In this document: in pieces, positions 25,555 to 32,746 of the stretch
Numbering within the stretch: position 1 is the stretch's first letter
Layout: every line of letters starts with the position of its first letter
Source of the DNA: an uncultured Candidatus Poseidoniales archaeon
Lineage (GTDB): Archaea > Thermoplasmatota > Poseidoniia > Poseidoniales > Thalassarchaeaceae
Reading direction: 5' to 3'
Assembly: GCA_902514485.1 (NCBI GenBank)
Contig: CABXQY010000001.1
Coordinates: 1-60,726, forward strand
DNA: 60,726 nt
Made by a program: the position numbers and the translations under genes
Notes under the pieces: generated by a model
The model's input: the letters and a program-made list of their open reading frames with translations, nothing else
What the model was told of the DNA's origin: nothing
The model's database searches: none

Positions 25555-26742
25555 ATGAAGTATTTTGCTATATTTGTTCTAATAATTCTTTGTTCAGGAT
25601 TGACGGGGTGTATTGATTCTGAGGACGACTTTGAATGGCCAGAACCAACAGAATTTAATTGCGAATTATCCCTAGACTTAAATCTAGAATGTAAATTGTA
25701 TATGGAAGGATTCGAAACTCCACATCACTCAATTTCCAATCCTGAAAATGAGGAAATATGGATTATTTATCTTAACGGATTTGTTAAGTCATGGGATGGA
25801 GAGGAACTGGAAGAAATCGCCGACTTAAGTTCATTTGTGAATCGCTGCCACATGGAACAGGGGCTTCTAGGAATGGCCTTCGATGAAGATTTCAATACTT
25901 CAAAAACAGTACTGATATCATATATAGAGGAAGGTGATTGTGATGGCCCTAATGATTCAGATTTGATATTAGCATCAATAAAATTGGGGGAAAGTGGATT
26001 ACTAGATCCTTCTACTATTTCTTCTTTAAGAACCGTAGAACAACCTTACAGGAATCATAATGGAGGACACCTGATTAGTATTGGAGATAATCAATATCTT
26101 TGGGGCATAGGTGACGGAGGTAGCGCAAATGATCCTGAAAATAATGGCCAAAATAGGAGTAACTCACTTGGAACTATAAACCTTTTTTCATACGAAAATG
26201 GGAAAATTTCTCCCGTACTTAACAACTCAGAAGATGACCCATATATCTTACATCATGGTTTGAGAAATCCATGGAGATTTTCACTTGGTGAAGATAATAT
26301 GATCTGGATTGGAGATGTTGGACAAAATTGTTGGGAAGAAATAAATTTAGTTCCATTGTTTGAAAGAAAGAATCTTGGTTGGTCATTAAAAGAAGGTTTT
26401 CAATATTTTGACGAGGATGGAGATTGTTATGAAGAAGATGACCACGAGGACCATAGTGATGATGACCTGACTTACCCAGTTGTTGCTTATGGTCATGAAA
26501 ATGGAAATTGTTCAATCACAGGAGGATTTTGGATGGATTGGGGGCCGGAATCACTACAAAATGGATATTTATATGGAGATTTTTGCAGTGGGGAGATTTG
26601 GTTATTGAAAGAAACTGATGACGGGAAATGGAAAGAAAACTATGTCGGTTCAAGTGGTGGAATGATTGTCGGGTTTGGTAGAGGAATTGCTGATGAAATA
26701 TTAATTTTTCATTGGACTGGCGATATAGTACTAATTGAATAA
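25555..26742 (+). CDS. PQQ-dependent sugar (glucose/sorbosone) dehydrogenase-like beta-propeller lipoprotein
   Basis: Signal plus lipobox LTGC. Family blocks GLLGMAFD, YRNHNGGHLISIGDN, GIGDGG, HGLRNPWRFS and GDVGQNCWEEIN are present. Confidence 0.75.
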   Translation: MKYFAIFVLIILCSGLTGCIDSEDDFEWPEPTEFNCELSLDLNLECKLYMEGFETPHHSISNPENEEIWIIYLNGFVKSWDGEELEEIADLSSFVNRCHMEQGLLGMAFDEDFNTSKTVLISYIEEGDCDGPNDSDLILASIKLGESGLLDPSTISSLRTVEQPYRNHNGGHLISIGDNQYLWGIGDGGSANDPENNGQNRSNSLGTINLFSYENGKISPVLNNSEDDPYILHHGLRNPWRFSLGEDNMIWIGDVGQNCWEEINLVPLFERKNLGWSLKEGFQYFDEDGDCYEEDDHEDHSDDDLTYPVVAYGHENGNCSITGGFWMDWGPESLQNGYLYGDFCSGEIWLLKETDDGKWKENYVGSSGGMIVGFGRGIADEILIFHWTGDIVLIE

Positions 26743-26752
26743 TAAAAAGACA

Positions 26753-27736
26753 TCATTTATTCACACTAGATGGTAAAAAGATACTTTTCCAAGATGGGCG
26801 ATTAAGCCCAATATCTTCTGTGAAATATGAACGTGCCTTAATTGAAATAAAATCAATGATTAAAACTACTACGAAGATAATAATTAGGTATGCAATTACT
26901 TTATCATATTGTAAAAATTTCAAATATAAATTAATGTAGTATCCAATTCCTCCAGCACCTACTATTCCAATCACAGTACCATGCCTGAAATTATATTCAA
27001 ACATGAAAATTACTTGAGAGATTAAATCATTTGCACATTCAGGAATAACTACCTTAAATGCTATTTCAAACCTTGTAAGGCCCATTGCTTCAGCAGCATC
27101 GAGAGGAGTTTTAGTCATACCTTCTATTGCTTCATATTGAAGTTTACCGAGATACCCGACTGTATAGACAGTCATAGCTAAGACTCCTGCTAAAGGTCCA
27201 TATCCAACTAGTATTACAAAGAATATTGCCCAAATAATACTTGGTAAACTTCTGAACGCAGCCAGTAAGAATCTAGGTAAATATGACAAAGTAGAAACTA
27301 GAAGAAAAATGATTCCACCATCGTTCCATCTCGTCAAATATTCGTAGAAAAATGATGCATAGTCCAAATTACGTGAAGCTAATATTGAAATTGGAAGGGA
27401 TATAATCGCCCCAAATACTGTTGATACAAATGCAATTTTCATTGTCTCGACCATCCCGATCCAGGCAGTTGAGCAGGTAAAATCCATGAAAGTCGGGTAA
27501 ACAGTGCATACAGGATAAGCTCGCGGTTCAAGGACACTCCAATCAGGAGGCCATAATGATTCATTAAAGAATGTCACAAGATTACCAAGTCCTTGAGATG
27601 CCCTGCCCCAGTCATTAACCATTCCATCAAAAACAACGATGCTGAATAAGAATATTAGAATAAAAATTCCAAGCCATGAGCGTAGTGGACCAAAGAAAGT
27701 ATCTAAGAACTTCCTTAAAGGATTAAAATCATTCAT
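26753..27736 (-). CDS. ABC importer permease, PhnE family
   Basis: The block EAAEAMGLTRFEIAFKVVIPE...RHGTVIGIVGAGGIGYYI matches the PhnE signature (VGAGGIG). Its start overlaps the ATPase stop by 4 nt. Confidence 0.85.
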   Translation of the reverse strand: MNDFNPLRKFLDTFFGPLRSWLGIFILIFLFSIVVFDGMVNDWGRASQGLGNLVTFFNESLWPPDWSVLEPRAYPVCTVYPTFMDFTCSTAWIGMVETMKIAFVSTVFGAIISLPISILASRNLDYASFFYEYLTRWNDGGIIFLLVSTLSYLPRFLLAAFRSLPSIIWAIFFVILVGYGPLAGVLAMTVYTVGYLGKLQYEAIEGMTKTPLDAAEAMGLTRFEIAFKVVIPECANDLISQVIFMFEYNFRHGTVIGIVGAGGIGYYINLYLKFLQYDKVIAYLIIIFVVVLIIDFISIKARSYFTEDIGLNRPSWKSIFLPSSVNK

Positions 27737-28482
27737 AATTTAACCTCCATAGCGGTAGGTTCGGTGATAAATGGATTAGCTCTTCCATCATCAATTACTA
27801 GTAACCTATCTGCCATCATTTTTGCACGTGTAATATCATGCTCTACAACAAGAAGTGCAGAATTACTAGATTTGACATATTTTGTGACCTCCTTAAGGAC
27901 CATACCAACTGTTTTTTCATCTAGTTCACTTAGGAACTCATCAGCCATTATCAGTTCAGGACATTGAGCCAATGTTCTAGCAGTAGCAACTCTTCTCTGT
28001 TGACCTCCTGAAAGCCGCCTTATTGGTTCACTAATTTTATCTTCAAGGCCCATGGAGTTAATTGCCTGAATAGCTTTTTTCTTTGCAAATGAGGACGGTA
28101 AACAAACACCAATAAAAGGTATTGGAGTATTATGACCTGCATTTGCACCTAACATTACATTATGTAATACGCTTGCATGTCTAACTAACCCCAAACTTTG
28201 TGGCACATATCCTAACTTTCCTCTTTTAGGACTGTCAGGAATAGTTTTACCACATACTTCAATACTACCTGAGATAGGACTTATCAGACCTGCAATTGTT
28301 TTCAACAAAGTCGACTTACCGACTCCAGAAGGCCCGGCAATTGCAACAATTTCTCCAGGGAATATTTCTAGATTTGGTATCTGAACTAAAGGCTTATCAT
28401 GCTTATATCCTATCGAAACATCATTTAATCGTATAATTGGTTCAATATTCTTAGGAATATTTGTCATAGACTCACCCCCCAC
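27733..28482 (-). CDS. ABC importer ATP-binding protein, PhnC family
   Basis: Walker A GPSGVGKST, signature LSGGQQRRVATAR and Walker B LIMADE are present. The likely true start is ATG 28467, preceded by GGGGGGTGAG. Confidence 0.85.
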   Translation of the reverse strand: MGGESMTNIPKNIEPIIRLNDVSIGYKHDKPLVQIPNLEIFPGEIVAIAGPSGVGKSTLLKTIAGLISPISGSIEVCGKTIPDSPKRGKLGYVPQSLGLVRHASVLHNVMLGANAGHNTPIPFIGVCLPSSFAKKKAIQAINSMGLEDKISEPIRRLSGGQQRRVATARTLAQCPELIMADEFLSELDEKTVGMVLKEVTKYVKSSNSALLVVEHDITRAKMMADRLLVIDDGRANPFITEPTAMEVKL

Positions 28483-28496
28483 ACCCGATTACTAAG

Positions 28497-28512
28497 TTTA
28501 GGCGCCCCTAAT
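28497..28512. promoter_or_regulatory. Palindromic operator-like site TTTAGG-cgcc-CCTAAt (copy D, one mismatch)
   Basis: Located between the stop of the bilobal binding-protein gene (28570) and the ATPase start (28467/28482). Confidence 0.55.
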
Positions 28513-28569
28513 TCCTATTTGGTATTGACGGAGTGGAGTGAAAACTCAAAATTTACATTCAAAAAATAA

Positions 28570-30669
28570 TTAGTTTGCAAAGATATCAGAATAATATGAA
28601 GAAATATCAGGAATAATTGCTATGAATGACGAATACTGCCCTAGATGTTCTTGAGATGTCGCTCTGGTTAATCCGGATGTACCTAATATGTTATTCATTA
28701 TCTCAGAACCACACATATTTTTCTGAGATGTTTCATCAATTACATGTACTGAAATGTCATAACAACCTGTATATACCGATCCTCGTGTACTGAAATTTTC
28801 CAAATACATCTCATAGTTAAGTGAGATTAAAGCATTCAAGACCGCTGTTCTTGTCTGTATATCCAGCAACTCAGGATTATAGATTACAGAATCGCTTGGG
28901 ATAGGGGCAATAGCAGGGAGGGAGGTATACTCTTCAATATCTAAACACCAATTCATATTTTCTGAAATAACAACATTGTCACAATACATATTAACAGTAT
29001 TTTCTTCTAAAAATACAATATCTCCTCCGCCCTCAGAAAGACATCTTAGTGCTCCTGAATCGCCAAAATACGTATCATTTTGATTAGGTATTGATGAATT
29101 ATAATTGAAGAAAGAATAAATTATTTCTGATAAATAATCTATATCATTACTTTGATTTAATTCGAGATAATTATTTTTCGCTAAATAACTGATTGGAAGC
29201 ATCATACTTTCCACATCTGAAGAATCAGAATGGCAGGATGTTTTTCCTTCCAACAAATCAAAAGGATTAGTCAAAGGATCATTGTCTAAATGACTTATTG
29301 CGATTGAACTATTCGAATTAACCCAAGCTAAAGTATCGGAATATGTTCTACTATCTTCCATTTCTACTGCCGCCATTACTGCCAATTCATATTGTTTCCA
29401 TCCAACCCATGCCAACTCAGAATTAACAATTGCAATATCGGCATGACCATCTCTTAAACTGTTAAGTAATTCGTTTTGAGAATTAACAAAAAATATTTCC
29501 ACATCTATTTTTAATTTCTGAGATAGAAAATCGGCTAAGAGTTCCGGATTTTTATCTACATCATCAGATAATTTACCTAAATCATAAGCAATCTTAATTT
29601 GATTAATATCTGGGGAAACAGAAGTATTCAAGGAGAACTTATCGTTATAATAAGCAGAGATACCCGGTATATTGGAAATTAATGATGAATAACTACCCAA
29701 GTGTACTGAAGTGTTTGTTGCAATGAATCCAGGCGTATTAAGGATATTCTCGAGAATATTAGTCGCTTCGGGATCACTGCTCATTTCAACTAAAATATTT
29801 GTAACTTTACTTGTAATTTCTGAATCTAAAAAATTAGGGTTATACATTACTGGATGGCTAGGTGATTGCCCAAAAGCGGGTAATGCAATATACTCCTCAA
29901 TGTCAAGACACCATTCTTGATTGAGAGAAGAAATTTCATTATTACAAAGAATTTCTACGCTATTTTCTTCTAAAAAGGCAACATCTCCTTTTCCTTCCGA
30001 TAAACATTTCAAAGCACCCGAATAACCATAATATGGAGTTCCAGTGTCTGGAATTGAAGAATTTGGATTAAAAAATCCATGTATAGTATTTCTTATGGTC
30101 TCGACATCATTAGGATCTCCTATAATATTTGCATAACCTAGACCAATTAGGTAACCCATGGGAAGAAGCATACCCACTGATTTTAGCCATCCTGTATGGC
30201 AGGATGTTTTACCAGATAAAAGTGCAAACGGATCAGAATAGGGGTTATCGTCGAGATAAGCACTAGCAACGTCACTATCTGACTTTACCCATGCATTAGC
30301 ATTGTAATATGTTCTTCCATCGACATTAAGGTCTGCAGCTAAAACTTCTAATTGATATTGTTGCCAACCAACCCATGCGGCTCCAGCATCCATTAATGCA
30401 ATATCTGCATTGCCAAACCTCAGAGCTTCCACCATAGCACCCTCCGAGTCAACGCTGAACAGAGAAACATCATAATTTAATTTCTCAGAAAGATAATCTG
30501 CAAAAATCTGAGGGTTAGAATCGATGATGTCGATATTATCTTTGATCTCATATGCAATTACTAGAGTGCCAAGACTGCCTTCTTCACTATCATTACCGAT
30601 ACAACCTGAAACATAAGTCATTATCAAGATTGAAGTAATTAGAATAGAGACTAGCTTACCATTGGCCAT
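28570..30669 (-). CDS. Bilobal (tandem two-lobe) transferrin-like substrate-binding lipoprotein
   Basis: Signal plus lipobox VSGC. Lobe 1 (about aa 35-342) carries NADIALMDAGAAW, RTYYNANAWVKSDSD, GKTSCHTGWLKSVGMLLPMGYL, YYGYSGALKCLSEGKGDVAFLEE, EWCLDIEEY and SPSHPVMY. Lobe 2 (about aa 355-699) repeats the same block order with substitutions. GGAGTG lies 7 nt upstream of the ATG. Confidence 0.75.
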   Translation of the reverse strand: MANGKLVSILITSILIMTYVSGCIGNDSEEGSLGTLVIAYEIKDNIDIIDSNPQIFADYLSEKLNYDVSLFSVDSEGAMVEALRFGNADIALMDAGAAWVGWQQYQLEVLAADLNVDGRTYYNANAWVKSDSDVASAYLDDNPYSDPFALLSGKTSCHTGWLKSVGMLLPMGYLIGLGYANIIGDPNDVETIRNTIHGFFNPNSSIPDTGTPYYGYSGALKCLSEGKGDVAFLEENSVEILCNNEISSLNQEWCLDIEEYIALPAFGQSPSHPVMYNPNFLDSEITSKVTNILVEMSSDPEATNILENILNTPGFIATNTSVHLGSYSSLISNIPGISAYYNDKFSLNTSVSPDINQIKIAYDLGKLSDDVDKNPELLADFLSQKLKIDVEIFFVNSQNELLNSLRDGHADIAIVNSELAWVGWKQYELAVMAAVEMEDSRTYSDTLAWVNSNSSIAISHLDNDPLTNPFDLLEGKTSCHSDSSDVESMMLPISYLAKNNYLELNQSNDIDYLSEIIYSFFNYNSSIPNQNDTYFGDSGALRCLSEGGGDIVFLEENTVNMYCDNVVISENMNWCLDIEEYTSLPAIAPIPSDSVIYNPELLDIQTRTAVLNALISLNYEMYLENFSTRGSVYTGCYDISVHVIDETSQKNMCGSEIMNNILGTSGLTRATSQEHLGQYSSFIAIIPDISSYYSDIFAN

Positions 30670-30793
30670 ACTAACACTCCATTCTCAAACATACGAATAG
30701 ACACTAGTAATTTAATGTGAGTTTGTGGCATCGAACAATAGAAATAATTTATTCTGAAAGTTTTCTCGCCTTTTAAATCGTTATTTCAATACC

Positions 30794-30809
30794 TTTTTTT
30801 TAAAAAAAA
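30794..30809. terminator. T8A8 tract; it reads as an oligo-T run on either strand and may be an archaeal termination signal
   Basis: The sequence ccTTTTTTTTAAAAAAAAtgg lies in the 300-bp spacer between two co-directional minus-strand genes. Confidence 0.3.
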
Positions 30810-30928
30810 TGGGTTAACGAGAGACGCTAAAATTGAATGTGAGTCCCATTTTAACTTTGATGAAGCCAATGATTACCTGATGTGAGCCAGGATAAATCAG
30901 CGCCTCCCGTTACCGTTCAAGTATGTCC

Positions 30929-30957
30929 TTCGATGTGGGCAAAATGCCCACATCGAA
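30929..30957 (-). terminator. Perfect 13-bp stem / 3-nt loop hairpin 14 nt downstream of the stop of the Cys-module lipoprotein gene
   Basis: TTCGATGTGGGCA-aaa-TGCCCACATCGAA, all Watson-Crick. There is no adjacent oligo-T on the minus strand, so it may be an RNA-stability or processing element rather than a terminator. Confidence 0.4.
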
Positions 30958-30970
30958 ATCGTCAATTTAT

Positions 30971-32620
30971 TTATTGGAGTGTTCCAATGTCTTCCGCAGT
31001 TATTCCTAGCATATCCCAAGCTGGTTGTAGATGTGCGCGAACAGCGGCCTGATAGTCAGTTCCTGCTACTGGTACATTACTGAAATCATAGATTCCATTA
31101 ATTCCAGTTGTTCCAAATCCATCGAAGTGTGTAAATGCCGAACACTCTGCTTCAGTCATATCTGCATCAGTTGTATGGGACACCATATTATAACATCCAG
31201 TAAACATAGTAGCGCCATAATTCACATACCAACCATAAGATTCGCATGTAGTCTGATCTACTGCTGTGTCCCATGAGTGAGATACGCTGTTGTAGCAACC
31301 GTCTTGCCCAGCAACTGTGACATAATCTTCAACCCAAATATATGATGTGCATGTAGCATTATCATCGCTTGATGTTTCATGAGATACCATGTTGTAACAT
31401 CCAGTGAAAGTAGTGGAACCCCATGAAGCATTATCATAGTAATCCCAAGACTCGCAGATTGATTGATTCCATGAACTGTTCATACCATGAGATACACTGT
31501 TGTAACAACCTGTGTAAGTTTGTTCACCATAATTCTCTAAGAACATGTATCCAAGACATGAGGTCTCGTCACTGTCTCCAGAAACTTCGTGAATATTCAT
31601 ATTGTAGCAAATATCCTCACCATCACCCATATCATAATCAGTCATGTAGATGTATCCTGCACATTCATCAGCTGCCGCACCACTAACAGTCATAGTAACA
31701 CCATTGTAACAATCGTCACCAGGTGATGGATTCGCTTCAGCAACGTATTTTTCAATTACTCTCCAGAAAGAATATCCCTCTGCTTGATGTGTTTGAGCTT
31801 TTTCTACTGTATCATCAGTATTCATCTTGTGAGCATAACGTATTGTTGCTTGTGAGTAAATAATTACTAGATTCTTTACTATATCGTCTCTTGCAGCAGT
31901 TGCTCCAGCGAGATCTTCGGCTTGTAGTGCAGCAAGGCCCTCATTCATTGCTAAAAGAATTGCTGCATTTGCTATAGCAGTACCATCTGCATTTGCAGTA
32001 GCATAGTTACCTGCTCTCTTGTCTCCAGTAGCATACGGAGAGCATGAAGCATACTCATCTAGACCGTGATAAAACGCCCATCCTTCATCCCATGCGTGTT
32101 GTGCATCATCGGTGCCAAAGTTTCCAGCTTCTGCCTTGTTTATGGCTGCATTTAATTCATGAATTGCATATGCAACCATTATCTGATTTTGGACGCCTTT
32201 CTCAACAGCTTGCTCTCGAACACTATCTGAAGTTCCTTCAAAAATACCAGTTCCATCCAGTGCTGACATCAAGTAGTCATCTAAAGGTGAATCAGTACCG
32301 TAGAAGGTATCTAATCCATGTTGCTTACCAGTAGCATCTGCAAATCCTTGCAATGTTCTGTATGAACCATCGCTCTTTTCTGCATGCTTACCATTCATGT
32401 AAATATCTTTTACCCCATCCCAATCATGCTCTTCCGCTAGATCTTTGATATCACAAACATCTTCAACTAACATTCTATGATTATCAACATTTGAGGCGTA
32501 TTCATATCCGCCGTCTATTTCGTCAAAGTTATTATCAGTATCATCCGATAAACAGCCAGCAAAAGCTGCGGCTAACATACTTAATGTCATCATTATAGCA
32601 ATTATTTTATCATTTTTCAT
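30971..32620 (-). CDS. Secreted lipoprotein: unknown helical N-domain plus six tandem CYN.VSH...C modules
   Basis: Signal plus lipobox FAGC. GGAG lies upstream of the ATG. aa 304-496 contain six modules of about 30 aa, each with two Cys. Confidence 0.6.
   Translation of the reverse strand: MKNDKIIAIMMTLSMLAAAFAGCLSDDTDNNFDEIDGGYEYASNVDNHRMLVEDVCDIKDLAEEHDWDGVKDIYMNGKHAEKSDGSYRTLQGFADATGKQHGLDTFYGTDSPLDDYLMSALDGTGIFEGTSDSVREQAVEKGVQNQIMVAYAIHELNAAINKAEAGNFGTDDAQHAWDEGWAFYHGLDEYASCSPYATGDKRAGNYATANADGTAIANAAILLAMNEGLAALQAEDLAGATAARDDIVKNLVIIYSQATIRYAHKMNTDDTVEKAQTHQAEGYSFWRVIEKYVAEANPSPGDDCYNGVTMTVSGAAADECAGYIYMTDYDMGDGEDICYNMNIHEVSGDSDETSCLGYMFLENYGEQTYTGCYNSVSHGMNSSWNQSICESWDYYDNASWGSTTFTGCYNMVSHETSSDDNATCTSYIWVEDYVTVAGQDGCYNSVSHSWDTAVDQTTCESYGWYVNYGATMFTGCYNMVSHTTDADMTEAECSAFTHFDGFGTTGINGIYDFSNVPVAGTDYQAAVRAHLQPAWDMLGITAEDIGTLQ
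31133..31711 (-). repeat. Coding repeat: six modules of the form C-Y-N-x-[VNM]-[STI]-[HM]-x8-11-C-x-[SGA]-[YWF]
   Basis: The modules are CYNGVTMTVSGAAADECAGY, CYNMNIHEVSGDSDETSCLGY, CYNSVSHGMNSSWNQSICESW, CYNMVSHETSSDDNATCTSY, CYNSVSHSWDTAVDQTTCESY and CYNMVSHTTDADMTEAECSAF. Confidence 0.8.
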
Positions 32621-32637
32621 ATTTCTATCTCCGTGTT

Positions 32638-32653
32638 TTTAGGTCGCCCTAAA
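32638..32653. promoter_or_regulatory. Palindromic operator-like site TTTAGG-tcgc-CCTAAA (copy B)
   Basis: Perfect inverted repeat 18 nt upstream of ATG 32620 of the Cys-module lipoprotein gene, which probably places it at the TSS or 5' UTR. Confidence 0.65.
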
Positions 32654-32680
32654 CTTCCGAGACAGATAGAGTATATCAAA

Positions 32681-32696
32681 TTTAGGTGAGCCTAAA
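32681..32696. promoter_or_regulatory. Palindromic operator-like site TTTAGG-tgag-CCTAAA (copy C) in a divergent promoter region
   Basis: Perfect inverted repeat. On the minus strand it abuts the TATA-like CCTAAATTTGATATA about 45-60 nt upstream of ATG 32620. It is 51 nt upstream of the plus-strand gene start at 32747. Confidence 0.65.
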
Positions 32697-32746
32697 TTAG
32701 AGATTAGGTCTTAAAAAATCTATGAATATGAAAACGATATAATGAT

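Noticed and set aside
24445-30669. Calling the binding proteins phosphonate/phosphite-binding PhnD because they flank PhnC/PhnE-family genes
   Set aside because: The sequence blocks match transferrin lobes including the metal ligands, so a phosphonate substrate is not the most economical reading. A distant PhnD-superfamily relationship is still likely and needs an HMM comparison.
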